Origin: Alphaproteobacteria bacterium
Lineage (GTDB): Bacteria > Pseudomonadota > Alphaproteobacteria > MPNO01
DNA: 64,000 bases
Direction of reading: 5' to 3'
NCBI GenBank assembly: GCA_965248835.1
Contig: CBDFLJ010000001.1
Coordinates: 2,221,381 to 2,285,380 of the forward strand
This document shows positions 50,183 to 61,243 of the stretch, in pieces. The notes under the pieces were generated by a model. That model did not search any database and was not told the DNA's origin. It saw nothing but the letters and a program-made list of their open reading frames with translations. A program made the translations under genes and the position numbers. Positions within the stretch are counted from its first letter, which is position 1, and each line of letters opens with the position of its first letter.

Positions 50183-51046
50183 CTACGACCTGAAGAACTC
50201 CAGGCACACGCGGTCGAACTCCGCGCGGTGCTCGACCTGCGCCCAGTGGCCGCACTTGGCGAAGATGTACATGCGGGCGTTCTGAAACCGCTTCAGCATC
50301 ATCAGCCCGGCCTCCATGGCGCCGCCCTTGTCCTCCTGACCCCACACCAGAAGCGTCGGCACCGCGTTCTTCTCGAGCTCGAAATAATAGTCGCGGCGCG
50401 GCTGCTTGATGCGCCGCTTCACCTGATCAAGCGCTTCGGGCGTGGTCGCGGCCTCGAGGCGCTCCTGCACCAGCGCGTCGGTGACCATCGACGCGTCATG
50501 GACGAGGCTCGTGGCGAGCGTCTTCATCTTCTCGAAGGTCGGCCCCTCGTCCCGGTAGAACCTGACGATGTTGTGAAGCGCCTCCTGCGGCGTCGGCTGA
50601 AAAAACACCGTGTTGGTCGGCTGGCTGCCGATCAGCACCATATGCTTGACCCGATCGGGATGGTTGAGCGCGAGCCCCAGCGCCGCCTGCCCGCCCATCG
50701 AGTTGCCGATCACATCGGCGCTCTCGATGTCGAGAGCGTCCATGAAATCGTTGAGCACGCCGCCCATCCAGGCGATGAACTCGTGCTCGACGGCGTCTTC
50801 CGGGTATTCGGAGCGGCCCCAGCCCGGCATGTCGAACATCAGCAGCCGGTTGTCGCGTGCCAGGTCCTGGACGTTGCCCTGGAAGTTGCTCCAGCCGGTG
50901 GCGCCCGGCCCGCCGCCGTGGATGGCGATGATCGGATCGCCGCTGCCGACCTCGTTGTAGTGGATGCGGAGGCCTCCGGCGATCACCTCCCTGCTCGTGG
51001 ACTCCTCGGTTGCGGCCTCGATCTCCTGCTTACGCGCCATGTTCAC
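50183..51046 (-). CDS. Meta-cleavage-product C-C hydrolase (BphD/MhpC-like)
   Basis: HGGGPGA.GWSNF, GNSMGG, CGHWAQVE. Confidence 0.88.
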   Translation of the reverse strand: MNMARKQEIEAATEESTSREVIAGGLRIHYNEVGSGDPIIAIHGGGPGATGWSNFQGNVQDLARDNRLLMFDMPGWGRSEYPEDAVEHEFIAWMGGVLNDFMDALDIESADVIGNSMGGQAALGLALNHPDRVKHMVLIGSQPTNTVFFQPTPQEALHNIVRFYRDEGPTFEKMKTLATSLVHDASMVTDALVQERLEAATTPEALDQVKRRIKQPRRDYYFELEKNAVPTLLVWGQEDKGGAMEAGLMMLKRFQNARMYIFAKCGHWAQVEHRAEFDRVCLEFFRS

Positions 51047-51406
51047 GATCCCCCTTCACGATTTCCATTGGCGGCATCCACGGGTCCGGATCGCCTCGCT
51101 CGCCTTGCGCATGGCGGATCCGATCCGGCCTCCATCGAGCCGTTGTCGATCGCCGCGCCGCGCACGCCGACCAACCGGCGGTCCTTTCTTGCGGCCGTAC
51201 GGCTGGGATGTCAGCCCCGCGTCCTCGCATAATCCGCCAACGTCACCACCGCATCGCCGTGTTCGGTCGGCGCCCCGCCGGGTCTTGCGCCACAGCGCGT
51301 TGGCGATCTCGGAGGCCATCAGGCACGGCGCTTTGCTCCGCCGTCCGGTCAGGATGCACGATAGCGCCGATGTCGGTCTCCGCCACCGCGCGCCGCCGCG
51401 CGGGCC

Positions 51407-52609
51407 TCAACCCGCCGGCCGCACGCCGACGAAGGAGTCGAGCTTGACCAGCCCTTCGGCGTTCTCTTCCAGGTGCAGCGCCTTGGGTGCCTTGCCCGCC
51501 GCCACGGCTTCGATGGCCTCGCGGACCATCTTGCGCAGCATGATCACTCCGCGGTCCGATGTCCCGAGCTGCTCGCTGCGTTCGCCGAGCAGCCCCTGGG
51601 TTCCCTGTGTCACAATGTCCTCCCTGCGCACGCTGCCCCGGAACGGCATCAGGGGACGCCTGTCATAGGGCTTCACCTCTTCCTCGGGCTCCTCGCGCTT
51701 GCGCATCTCGGCCAACCGGTCGAAGAAATCGGCGTCCGGGCCGGTGTAGTAGTCGACGGTGAACATCATGAAATGGTTGTCGTCGTTGGGCGTCAGGAAC
51801 ATGAAGTGTTCGTGGTTCGCTCCCGCGTTGGCCAGCTTTTGCGGGTCGACCTTGGCATGGACGAACGCGGTGTCGCCGATCTGGAGGATGCTCGGGAACC
51901 CGAGACTCATCTCGTCGACGAACACGGTCCCCGCCTCCGGCCCCGGCTTGGACATCACGATCTTCATGCCGTACTGGGTCTCTACCGGCACGTAGTCGGG
52001 CGGGTCCGCCAGGCTGAAGAACCGGTTGCCCCACGACTGTTCGCCATAGGCGCTGTTGCCGTGGAGGATCCAGACATGGCAGGGATCGGCGCTGTTCTCG
52101 TAGAAGTTGAACCAGTTGTAGTCGAAGTGCCGCGTCGGCTCGATCATCCGCTGCCCGCCGTGATCGATCAGCGGCGAATAGTTGGGCAGCGGCGGCGGGT
52201 TCGCCGGGTCCGGGCCGAGATAGGCGAAGATCAGCCCGCCCAGTGTGCGCACCGGATAGGCGGTGTGACGAACCCTGGCGCAGAATTCCTTGCCGCCCGC
52301 CTCGGACGGCTGGTCCAGGCATCTGCCCAAGACATCGTAGAGCCAGCCGTGATAGGGGCAGCGGATGCCGCGCTCTTCGATCTCGCCGTATTCGAGCGAG
52401 GCGCCGCGGTGGGCGCAGGCCTGCCCGATGAGTCCGAGCCGGCCGGCGCGGTCGCGAAACAGAACCAGGTCTTCGCCGAGAACCCGCACCGCCTGCGGGA
52501 TGTCGTAAAGCTCCGCCTGCGTACCCACCGGCAGCCAGTAGCGCCTGAGCCATGCGCCGCCCGGTGTGCCCGGTCCGACGCGCGGGATATCCTTGTTGGT
52601 GATCTCCAT
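51407..52609 (-). CDS. Rieske non-heme iron oxygenase alpha subunit (phthalate-dioxygenase-like)
   Basis: VGPGTP.G..LRRYW, CAHR...CPYHGW, ENSADPCH...LH. Confidence 0.92.
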   Translation of the reverse strand: MEITNKDIPRVGPGTPGGAWLRRYWLPVGTQAELYDIPQAVRVLGEDLVLFRDRAGRLGLIGQACAHRGASLEYGEIEERGIRCPYHGWLYDVLGRCLDQPSEAGGKEFCARVRHTAYPVRTLGGLIFAYLGPDPANPPPLPNYSPLIDHGGQRMIEPTRHFDYNWFNFYENSADPCHVWILHGNSAYGEQSWGNRFFSLADPPDYVPVETQYGMKIVMSKPGPEAGTVFVDEMSLGFPSILQIGDTAFVHAKVDPQKLANAGANHEHFMFLTPNDDNHFMMFTVDYYTGPDADFFDRLAEMRKREEPEEEVKPYDRRPLMPFRGSVRREDIVTQGTQGLLGERSEQLGTSDRGVIMLRKMVREAIEAVAAGKAPKALHLEENAEGLVKLDSFVGVRPAG

Positions 52610-52612
52610 CGT

Positions 52613-53503
52613 TCAATCCACGAACCCGCCGGCCGCCAGGTCGCGGCGGATGGCGGCGCGCGCTTCCGGCGGCAACGGCCTGGTATCCCATCTCGGGAAG
52701 CGCTTGACCGGGATGCCGCGCAACCGGAAGGTTTCGGCCACAGTACCCCGGCCGTGGCGTTTGATGTTGGCGATGACGGTCTGGGCGAGTGAATTCACCC
52801 GGGCTTGCAGCCCGACGGCCGCGGCATAGTCCTTGCCATCGAGCGCCTGCCACAGCGCGACGCAGAGCTCCGGCATGAAGCTCGTCGGCGGGTTGATCAT
52901 GCCGGCGACGCCGAAGGGCACGAGTCCGAAGATGTCGGCGTTTCCGGTGAAGACCGAGACGTCGTCCGGGAACAGCTTGACGAAGTCGAGCATCGGGCCG
53001 GCGCCGTAGGCGACCTTCATGCCGCCGATCGTCGGCACCGCCTCCTTCATCTCGGCCCCGAACTGGGGCGAGACGGAGATCCCCGAGTATTTCGGGTTCT
53101 CGTAGATCAGGATGGGCAACGGCACCGCTTGGCCGACCGCACGGAAATGTTCGAGGACGGCGGATTGGGGCTGGTCGCAGTAGTAGTAGGGCGGGATGAC
53201 GCCGATGCCCTGCGCGCCGTGCTGGGCCGCATGCTCGGCGAGCTCGACCGTCGTCGGCGTGTCCGCCGTCCCGACATGGACGATCACCGGGCAGCGCCCG
53301 GCGGCCTGGTCGATGATGATCTCCGCCGCCTGTTTGCGCTCGGCGGTCGACATCGCCGGCCCCTGTCCCGAGGAGCCGAGCGCGAACAGGCCCTGCACCG
53401 AGGACCCGAGATAGAAGTCGACCAGCCGGCGGAGCGTCGCCTCGTCGACCGAGCCGTCGTCCTCGAACGGCGTGATGACCGGTATCACGACACCTCTGAG
53501 CAC
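52613..53503 (-). CDS. DapA/NanA family aldolase/dehydratase
   Basis: ITPF..DG.VD, GSSGQ, PPYY, IYENP, GMK. Confidence 0.9.
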   Translation of the reverse strand: MLRGVVIPVITPFEDDGSVDEATLRRLVDFYLGSSVQGLFALGSSGQGPAMSTAERKQAAEIIIDQAAGRCPVIVHVGTADTPTTVELAEHAAQHGAQGIGVIPPYYYCDQPQSAVLEHFRAVGQAVPLPILIYENPKYSGISVSPQFGAEMKEAVPTIGGMKVAYGAGPMLDFVKLFPDDVSVFTGNADIFGLVPFGVAGMINPPTSFMPELCVALWQALDGKDYAAAVGLQARVNSLAQTVIANIKRHGRGTVAETFRLRGIPVKRFPRWDTRPLPPEARAAIRRDLAAGGFVD

Positions 53504-53779
53504 CTGTCAGCCTCCCGTCTGTGGATCGCCGGCGTCGCCGGACCGGAACCCGACCGGCAGAGCGTTCGAGCCGGCGCTGCCCGGCGTTGCCGCGATCCGT
53601 TGATCGCCGTCTTCGGCATGGTACCTTCCCGTCTGGTCGCTGTCCGGCCGGTGCCGACCGGCGGTTCGCCGAATTCCTGTCGACCGCGGGGATGATAGTC
53701 CAAGCCGGCCGCTCGGAAAACGAACCGTGAGCCGGGCGCGGCCGCGGGCCTCGCCGGGCGCGCAACCGATGGGGAGCGA

Positions 53780-56170
53780 GTGATGGAAGACTTGGCGGCA
53801 CACCGCGGCACGGTGACTGCGCTGGGTGCTCCGGTGCGGCGCATCGAGGACAGGCGCTTCCTCACCGGGACGGGGCGCTATGTCGACGATCTGGCGCCGC
53901 CCGGCATGGCGTTCGCCCACGTCGTGCGCTCGCCGCACGCGCATGCGCTGATACGCGGCATCGACAAGGACGCGGCGCTCGCTGCACCCGGCGTGCTGGC
54001 GGTGCTGACAGGGGAGGATGCCGCGCGCGACGGGATCGGCGCACTCGCCTGCGCGTGGCTTCCCGATCCTGCCCCCGGCATGCGGTTCCACCACCCGAAA
54101 CAGCCGATCCTCGCCGCCGACAAGGCGCGCCATGTCGGCGACCGGGTCGCGCTCGTCGTCGCGCAGACGCTGGATCAGGCAAGGGATGCGGGCGCGCTAT
54201 TGTCCGTCGACTACGAGACGCTGCCCGCGGTGACGCTGGTCGATGCGCTGGCGTCGGGCGCGCCAAGGGTGTGGGACGAAGCGGCCGACAATCTCGGCTT
54301 TCAGGTCGAATCGGGCGACCGCCGGGCGGTCGGCGAGCGGTTCGATGCGGCGGCCCATGTCTCGAAGATCGCCTTTTACTATCCGCGCGCTGCGGCCAAC
54401 GCCATCGAGCCGCGGTCGGCGCTCGCCTATACGGATCCGATCGATGGCCGCTGCACGCTCTGCACCAGCGCGCAAAGCCCGCACGAAGTGAAGGACACGA
54501 TCTCCGACCTGCTCGGCATTCCCGCCGCGCGCCTCAGGGTGATCGCCCCCGATGTCGGCGGCGGGTTCGGCATGAAGGGCCAGATCTATCCGGAAGAGGC
54601 CCTGGTCGTCTGGGCCGCCGGCAAGCTCGCACGGCCGGTGAAATGGACCGCGGACCGGAGCGAGAGTCTCGCCTCGGACATGCACGGGCGGCATCAGATC
54701 GCCGAGGCCGAGCTCGCGCTGGACGGCGACGGGCGAATCCTTGCGTTCCGGACCTCGGTCACCATCGATCTCGGCGCCTATCTCAGCATCTCGGCCGGCG
54801 TTCCGCCGCGCAATGCAGCCATCAGCTATCCCGGCACCTACGACGTGCCGCTGATCCATGCGGTCGTTCGTGCCGCCTTCACCAACACCGTGCAGCTCGG
54901 CCCCTACCGCGGCTCGGCCAAGCCCGAGGCGAGCTTCGTGCTCGAGCGTCTGGTCGACAACGCGGCACGCGAGATGGGCATCGATCCGGTCGTGCTGCGC
55001 CGGCGCAATCTCATCCCTGCCCGGGCCATGCCGTACCGGACGCCGGGCGGCTATGTCTACGATTCGGGAGATTTCGAACGCGTCTTGGACCAGGCGCTCG
55101 CACTCGCCGACTGGCAGGGGTTCGAACGCCGCCGGGCCGCGTGCGCACGCGCCGGCCGGCGGCGGGGCATCGGGCTCGCCATGCATTGCCAACGCGCCGG
55201 CACGTTCTCGGAACGGATGGAGATCCGGGTCGACCGCACGGGCTCGGTCGCGCTCCACGTCGGCACGCTGTCGACCGGGCAGGGCCACGAGACCATGTTC
55301 GCCCAGATGGTCTCCGGCTGGCTCGGTGTGGCGATGGAACAGGTGCACCTCTTCCAGGGCGACACCGACAAGATCCTGTTCGGCCGGGGGACCTTCGCCC
55401 AGCGCAGCATGAGCACCGGCGGGTCGGCGCTCAAGCTGGCCGCCGAGGACGTCATTGCCAAGGGTCGGCGGTTGAGCGCCTGGATGCTCGAGGTCTCCGA
55501 AGCCGACATCGAATTCGAGGGCGGCGTCTTCCATGTCGCCGGCACCGACCGGAGCGTCACCTTCGGTGAGGTCGCGCGGATGTCCTATGCCGGCGCCGGA
55601 ATTCCGCCGGAGTTCGGGGTCGGGCTCGACGGCGTCGGCGCCCACGAGGGGTCTTACACCTTTCCCAACGGTTGCATGGTCTGCGAGGTCGTGGTCGACA
55701 CCGAGACCGGCACGATCACCGTGGAACGCCTGTGCGCGGTCGACGATGTCGGTGTGGTGGTCAACCCGCTCACCCTCCACGGGCAGGTGCACGGCTCGGT
55801 CGCGCAGGGCCTCGGCGAGGCGCTGGTCGAGCAGATGGTCTACGACCGCGACAGCGGCCAGCTCCTGACCGGCTCGTTCATGGACTACGGCATGCCGCGT
55901 GCCGACATCATGCCCGACATCATCGCCGAGGTCGCGCTGGTTGCGACCGCCACCAACGAACTCGGCACCAAAGGCGGCAGCGAGGCGGGGAACGTCGGCG
56001 CACCGGCGGCCATCGTCAACGCGGTCGTCGATGCGCTATCGCCCTGGGGCATCACCCATATCCCGATGCCGGCGACGCCGGAACGCATCTGGCGCGCGAT
56101 CCGCGAGGCCGGCGCCGCCCGCCCGGATGCCGGCCCGAATGCCTACCCTGCGGGCTCGAAGGCGAAGTAG
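53780..56170 (+). CDS. Xanthine dehydrogenase family molybdopterin-binding subunit
   Basis: [41 protein letters not shown]. Confidence 0.93.
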   Translation: MMEDLAAHRGTVTALGAPVRRIEDRRFLTGTGRYVDDLAPPGMAFAHVVRSPHAHALIRGIDKDAALAAPGVLAVLTGEDAARDGIGALACAWLPDPAPGMRFHHPKQPILAADKARHVGDRVALVVAQTLDQARDAGALLSVDYETLPAVTLVDALASGAPRVWDEAADNLGFQVESGDRRAVGERFDAAAHVSKIAFYYPRAAANAIEPRSALAYTDPIDGRCTLCTSAQSPHEVKDTISDLLGIPAARLRVIAPDVGGGFGMKGQIYPEEALVVWAAGKLARPVKWTADRSESLASDMHGRHQIAEAELALDGDGRILAFRTSVTIDLGAYLSISAGVPPRNAAISYPGTYDVPLIHAVVRAAFTNTVQLGPYRGSAKPEASFVLERLVDNAAREMGIDPVVLRRRNLIPARAMPYRTPGGYVYDSGDFERVLDQALALADWQGFERRRAACARAGRRRGIGLAMHCQRAGTFSERMEIRVDRTGSVALHVGTLSTGQGHETMFAQMVSGWLGVAMEQVHLFQGDTDKILFGRGTFAQRSMSTGGSALKLAAEDVIAKGRRLSAWMLEVSEADIEFEGGVFHVAGTDRSVTFGEVARMSYAGAGIPPEFGVGLDGVGAHEGSYTFPNGCMVCEVVVDTETGTITVERLCAVDDVGVVVNPLTLHGQVHGSVAQGLGEALVEQMVYDRDSGQLLTGSFMDYGMPRADIMPDIIAEVALVATATNELGTKGGSEAGNVGAPAAIVNAVVDALSPWGITHIPMPATPERIWRAIREAGAARPDAGPNAYPAGSKAK

Positions 56171-56556
56171 TTCAGGTCCTCGGAGATCGGCTCCCAGGCA
56201 AGCGTGAGCCGCATGCCGATCGCGACCTGGTCCGAGGCGACGTTGATCAGGTTGGCGACGATGCGCACACCCTCGTCGAGCTCGACCAGCCCGATCAGAT
56301 AGGGCGCCTTGCCCTCGAAGCCGGCGGTCGGCACATGGGTCTGGGTGAACGAATACAGCGTGCCGCTTCCCTTGGCCTCCCGCCAGCGCAGGTTCCGCCT
56401 GCCGGTGCGCACGCTGCATGCGCGCGGCCAGAACTGGTAGCGCCGCGAGACCGGGTCGTATTGCAGCATCAGCTTCTTCTGCCTGGCGCCGTCCCAGAAC
56501 GGCTGGGTGGCCGGCGTCGGCTGCGGGACCGGGCGCGGCCGCGTCTGGTTGTTCAT
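56143..56556 (-). CDS. DUF35 OB-fold (ChsH2-like) thiolase partner
   Basis: TQPFWDG...L.LQ, G.GTLYSFT, VELDEGVR; Zn-ribbon Cys largely lost. Confidence 0.88.
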   Translation of the reverse strand: MNNQTRPRPVPQPTPATQPFWDGARQKKLMLQYDPVSRRYQFWPRACSVRTGRRNLRWREAKGSGTLYSFTQTHVPTAGFEGKAPYLIGLVELDEGVRIVANLINVASDQVAIGMRLTLAWEPISEDLNYFAFEPAG

Positions 56557-56577
56557 TGAAGAATCCCCCCTGACCCT

Positions 56578-57759
56578 TCAGTTCTCCAGAACCATCGCCG
56601 AACTCGTTCCCCAGTTGCGGCCGTAGGGGATGACGCCGATCCCGGTGACCAAGGCGTTGCGCGCGCTCGGCACCTGGCGCCTTCCGGCCTGGCCCATGAG
56701 CTGGCGGACCGCCTCGACCAGGTTGACGCCGCCGCCGGCAAGCCCCGGCTGGCCGCAGCCGATCTGCCCGCCGCCGGTATTGATCGGCAGCGCGCCCTTG
56801 GGTCCGATGTCGGTATCGCGCAGGAACTGCGAGCCGCGCCCCTCCTTGCAGAAGCCCATCTGCTCGAGCTTGAGCATGACCGCGATCAGGAAATCGTCAT
56901 AGGGGTGGAGCATGTCGATGTCCTTGGGCTTCAGCCCGGCCATCTTCAGCGCCTCGGGCCCGACGACGGAATGGCCGGTCCTGGTTATGTCCGGCGTCTG
57001 CTCGGCGCCGTTGAAGTTCGAGATCTCCGAATAGCTCACCGGGTAGACCCGGTCGGTGAAGCCGAGCCGGCGCGCCCGGCTGGTCTTCATCATCATCAGC
57101 CCGTTGGCACCGTCGCAAAACATCACCGAGTCGAGCAGCCGAAGCGGGCTCGACACCATGCGGGAGTTCAAATAGTCGTCCACGGTGATCTTCTTGCGGA
57201 AGCTCTCATAGGCGTTCCTATTGGCGACCGCGCCGTTGCGCTGGGCAACCGCGAGCGCGCCCAGCCCGGTGAAATCCAGCTCGTGCTGGGCCATGTAGCG
57301 GTTCATCAAGAGGCCGAAAGCGCCCGGCGGACCCTGGATCCCGACCGGGTCCCAGAACTCGTTGCGGTAGCAGCCGTAGCTCGCGCGCCAATTGGTCGAC
57401 GGCGCGTCCGAGCCGAGGATCATGACCGTTTCGCACCAGCCGTTCTGGATCGCCATCGCCGCGCGCGCGACGTTGCCGGTCGCCGAGGCGCCGCCGATAT
57501 CGGAGGTCTGAAGCCAGCGCGCGCTGATCCCCAGATAGTCGGTCGCGTAGTTCGACCAGAACGGGTTGCCCGCTTCGCTCAGCGGCACGGTGAAGGTCAC
57601 CCCATCGATGTCCGACGGACCCATCTTGGTCTGGCGGTAAAGTGCCTCGGCGACTTCGGCGGCCAGCTCATAGGCCGACTTCCCGGTGCGCCGGTCGATC
57701 TTGGTCTCGGCGAATGCGACGATGCAGACGTCGCGCTTCGCCAGATAGTTGCCTTTCAT
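56578..57759 (-). CDS. SCP-x/Ltp2-type thiolase-family protein
   Basis: DIGGAS (no nucleophile Cys), PLRLLD...CDGA, YDDF, INTGGG, EAVRQL.G.AG.RQV. Confidence 0.9.
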   Translation of the reverse strand: MKGNYLAKRDVCIVAFAETKIDRRTGKSAYELAAEVAEALYRQTKMGPSDIDGVTFTVPLSEAGNPFWSNYATDYLGISARWLQTSDIGGASATGNVARAAMAIQNGWCETVMILGSDAPSTNWRASYGCYRNEFWDPVGIQGPPGAFGLLMNRYMAQHELDFTGLGALAVAQRNGAVANRNAYESFRKKITVDDYLNSRMVSSPLRLLDSVMFCDGANGLMMMKTSRARRLGFTDRVYPVSYSEISNFNGAEQTPDITRTGHSVVGPEALKMAGLKPKDIDMLHPYDDFLIAVMLKLEQMGFCKEGRGSQFLRDTDIGPKGALPINTGGGQIGCGQPGLAGGGVNLVEAVRQLMGQAGRRQVPSARNALVTGIGVIPYGRNWGTSSAMVLEN

Positions 57760-57760
57760 C

Positions 57761-58597
57761 CTACTCCCCTTTGAAGTTCGCCGGGCGGCGCTCGCCGAAT
57801 GCTTTCAACCCCTCGGCGCGGTCGTTCGACCAGGTCAGCATGTAGGCGAGATCGGCTTCCTGCTGGAAGCCCAGTGACAGCGGTATGTCCATGCCGCGGT
57901 TTATCGACTGCTTGACCATCATGATGGCGAGCGGGCCGTTCTTCGACATCGCCTCGACGATCTCGCGCGCCTTGGCGAGCGCACCGCCCTTGGGGGTGAC
58001 GTGGTTGACGATGCGGAACTCCTTGGCCTCCTCCGCCGTCAGCCGCCGCGCGGTCCAGATCATTTCCTTGGCCAGCGCCGGGCCGATCAGCCGCGTCAGG
58101 GTCTGGGTGCCGCCGGCGCCGGGGATGAGCCCCAGCCGGGTCTCGGGCAGTCCGATCCGGGCCGCCTCGCCGGCGACGATGATATCGCCCAGCATCGCAA
58201 GCTCGAACCCGCCGCCCAGGCAATAGCCCTCGACCGCCGAGATGACCGGCTTGGTGTAGCCCTGCATGTACTTGTAGAGTAGCCGGTTGCGCCTGGTGTT
58301 GTAGCGCGCCCGGTAGTTGTCATAGCGGTCCTGCGGCCGGTCGCGGAAGCCGCTGACATCGGCCCCGGCGCAGAACGCGCGCTCGTCGCCCTGGAAGATG
58401 ACTGCGAGCACCTTGCGGTCCATCTCGGCCTCGGCCATCGAGTCCATGATATCGTCGGCCATCGGCTCGTTTATGGCGTTCATCACGCTCGGCCGGTTGA
58501 AGGTGATCTCGAGCGCGCCCTTGCGCCGGGCGACGATGATGTTCTCGTAGACCTTCTTGGCCCGCGCCCTGGATTTCGCAGTCGTGCTGCGTGCCAT
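57761..58597 (-). CDS. Enoyl-CoA hydratase/isomerase
   Basis: NRPSVMNA, AFCAGAD, GGGFELA, PETRLGLIPGAGGTQ. Confidence 0.92.
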   Translation of the reverse strand: MARSTTAKSRARAKKVYENIIVARRKGALEITFNRPSVMNAINEPMADDIMDSMAEAEMDRKVLAVIFQGDERAFCAGADVSGFRDRPQDRYDNYRARYNTRRNRLLYKYMQGYTKPVISAVEGYCLGGGFELAMLGDIIVAGEAARIGLPETRLGLIPGAGGTQTLTRLIGPALAKEMIWTARRLTAEEAKEFRIVNHVTPKGGALAKAREIVEAMSKNGPLAIMMVKQSINRGMDIPLSLGFQQEADLAYMLTWSNDRAEGLKAFGERRPANFKGE

Positions 58598-58729
58598 GCC
58601 GACTCCTCGCATTCTTCCCGATCCGCGCGAACCTAGCAGCGCCGACCCGCGCGCGCTATGGACCGGCCGTACGGCACTGGGTATATCTCCGCCACCGCGC
58701 AAACCGAGATCCAGGGAGAACGGGCAGAC

Positions 58730-60250
58730 ATGGAGACCTATCGGCTCTATATCGGTGGCGAGTTCGTCGATGCGGAGGGCGGCGCCACCCAGCCCACCTG
58801 CAACCCCGCCAACGGCGAGGCGATCGCAAACATCCCCGTGGCGAGCGCGAACGATGCCAGGAAGGCGATCGCCGCCGCGCGCAAGGCCTTCGACGAGGGT
58901 CCGTGGCCGTCCATGAGCGGCGAGGCGCGCTCGGAACTGATCGGCAAGGTCGCGGCGATCATGAAGGAGCGCCAGAAGGAGCTTGCCGCCAACGAATCCC
59001 GCGACTCCGGCGGCACGATCACCAAGTGCGGCGCCGATGCCTATCTCGCCCAGCGCCAGATGGCCTATTTCGCCGAGATGGCCAAGATCTACAACGCCGA
59101 GGCACGCGAGATCGAGGGAATGTCGCGCGCCGGGCGATCCTACAATTACACCATCCGCGAGCCGATCGGGGTGTGCGCCTCGATCATCCCGTGGAACTTC
59201 CCGCTGTTGATGGCGGTCTGGAAGCTGGGACCGGCGCTGGCGACCGGCAACACGATCGTGCTCAAGCCGGCGACCGACACACCGCTGAACGCAATGGAGC
59301 TGGCCCGGATTATCGACGAAGTCGGCTTCCCGCCCGGCGTGGTCAACATCATCACCGGCCCCGGCGGCAAGATCGGCGAGGTGCTGACCACCAGCCCGGA
59401 CGTCGACAAGGTCGCCTTCACCGGCTCGACCGAGGTCGGCCGCGACATCATGGCGAAGGCATCGGGCACGCTGAAGAAGGTCACGCTCGAATGCGGCGGC
59501 AAGTCGGCCAACATCGTTCTCAACGACGCCAACTGGGACATCGCCGTCGACGGCTCGATCTTCGCCTCGTTCTATCACCAGGGGCAGGTCTGCGAGTCCG
59601 GCACCCGACTGCTGCTGCCCGAACAGCAGCATGACGACTTCGTCGCCCGGATGGTCGCCAAGCTCGAGGCGCTGCCGATGGGCGACCCGCTGGATCCGGC
59701 GACCAAGGTCGGCCCGGTCGTCTCCGAGCGCCACATGCAGACGGTGCTCGACTATATCGAGATCGGCAGGAAGGAAGGCGCAACGCTCGTCTGCGGTGGC
59801 GTGCGGGCGACCGAAGGCGCACTGGGCAAGGGCTGTTTCATCAAGCCTACCGTGTTCACCAACGTCACCAACGACATGCGGATCGCCCAGGAGGAGATCT
59901 TCGGCCCGGTCTTGTGCGTGCTCAAATACGACACCGAAGACCAGGCGGTGGCGATCGCCAACGATTCGATCTTCGGGCTCGGCGGCGGCGTCTGGAGCGA
60001 GGATATCGACCGGGCCCGCGCGGTCGCCGGGCGTATGCGGACAGGCACGGTCTGGGTCAACGACTGGCACCTGCTGAGCGAGCGCATGCCGTTCGGCGGC
60101 TACAAGCAGTCCGGCATCGGCCGGGAGTTCGGCGAGGAGGGGCTGAACGAATATACCGAGGTCAAGGCGCTTCACGTCGATGACGCCAAGACGCGCGAGA
60201 ACAAGCCGTGGTACGACATGCTCGTGCCGCGCGAGACCACCGGCGCCTGA
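58730..60250 (+). CDS. Aldehyde dehydrogenase
   Basis: PWNFP, FTGSTEVG, LECGGK, GQVCESG, EEIFGP, PFGGYKQSG. Confidence 0.95.
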   Translation: METYRLYIGGEFVDAEGGATQPTCNPANGEAIANIPVASANDARKAIAAARKAFDEGPWPSMSGEARSELIGKVAAIMKERQKELAANESRDSGGTITKCGADAYLAQRQMAYFAEMAKIYNAEAREIEGMSRAGRSYNYTIREPIGVCASIIPWNFPLLMAVWKLGPALATGNTIVLKPATDTPLNAMELARIIDEVGFPPGVVNIITGPGGKIGEVLTTSPDVDKVAFTGSTEVGRDIMAKASGTLKKVTLECGGKSANIVLNDANWDIAVDGSIFASFYHQGQVCESGTRLLLPEQQHDDFVARMVAKLEALPMGDPLDPATKVGPVVSERHMQTVLDYIEIGRKEGATLVCGGVRATEGALGKGCFIKPTVFTNVTNDMRIAQEEIFGPVLCVLKYDTEDQAVAIANDSIFGLGGGVWSEDIDRARAVAGRMRTGTVWVNDWHLLSERMPFGGYKQSGIGREFGEEGLNEYTEVKALHVDDAKTRENKPWYDMLVPRETTGA

Positions 60251-60262
60251 GCCTCGGACCCG

Positions 60263-61243
60263 ATGATCAACGCAGCCATCGTCGGACTCGGCCGCTGGGG
60301 CCAGACCCTGGTCGATTCCGTTCACGGCACCAGCGATGCCATCCGGTTCACCCGGGGGGTGACCCGCACGGTTGCCAATGCGGCGGACTACGCCGCGGCC
60401 AAGGGGATCGCGCTGGGTGAGGACTATGCGGCGATGCTGGCCGATCCCGCGATCGACGCGGTGGTGCTGGCAACGCCCCACACGCTGCACTGCGATCAGA
60501 TCTGCGCGGCTGCCGCGGCCGGCAAGCACGTCTTCTGCGAGAAGCCCCTGGCCTTGACCGCGGCACAGGCGCGCCGGGCGATTGCGGCGACCGAGGCGGC
60601 GGGCGTGAGGCTGGCGATCGGCCACAACCGGCGCTTCTCCCCCAACACGGTCGCGTTGCGCGAGACGGTCAAGGCCGGCCGGCTGGGCACGCCGCTCCAC
60701 ATCGAGGGCAATTTCACCGCCAACCTGACGGGCGCCGGCGGGACCTGGCGCAGCGATGCCAGGGAGAGCCCGGCCGGCGGCATGACCTCGCTCGGCATCC
60801 ACGTTGTCGATGCGTTCATCGACCTGATCGGCCGCATGAGCGCGGTGAGCGCGAAAAGCAAGCGTCTGGCGCTGCCGTTCGCGGTCGATGACTCGACCTC
60901 TGTCCTGCTTGACTTCGAAAACGGCTGCACCGGCTATCTCGGCACCGTGGCGGCCAGCGCGCAGCTCTACCAGCTCCGGGTGATCGGCACCTACGGGTGG
61001 GCCGAGATCGGCTTCCTCGACCGGTTCGAAGCCGTGTTCACCGACGGGACCCGTGACCACCGGACCTGGGACGGCTACGACTATCCCGGCTACCAGACGG
61101 TGCGGGACTGCCTGGAGGCGTTCGCCCACGCCGCCGAGGGCGGGCCGGCCTTCCCGATCCCGCCGGCCGACATCGTGCACGCGGTTGCCGTGCTGGAAGC
61201 CATCGTCACCTCGGCGCAGACCCGGGCGCCTCAGCCCGTCTGA
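60263..61243 (+). CDS. Gfo/Idh/MocA oxidoreductase
   Basis: VGLGRWG, GKHVFCEKP, GHNRRF. Confidence 0.92.
   Translation: MINAAIVGLGRWGQTLVDSVHGTSDAIRFTRGVTRTVANAADYAAAKGIALGEDYAAMLADPAIDAVVLATPHTLHCDQICAAAAAGKHVFCEKPLALTAAQARRAIAATEAAGVRLAIGHNRRFSPNTVALRETVKAGRLGTPLHIEGNFTANLTGAGGTWRSDARESPAGGMTSLGIHVVDAFIDLIGRMSAVSAKSKRLALPFAVDDSTSVLLDFENGCTGYLGTVAASAQLYQLRVIGTYGWAEIGFLDRFEAVFTDGTRDHRTWDGYDYPGYQTVRDCLEAFAHAAEGGPAFPIPPADIVHAVAVLEAIVTSAQTRAPQPV

Noticed and set aside
53780-56170. Form I CO dehydrogenase CoxL
   Set aside because: The active-site loop is PYRGSAK, not AYXCSFR, and there is no adjacent coxM/coxS.
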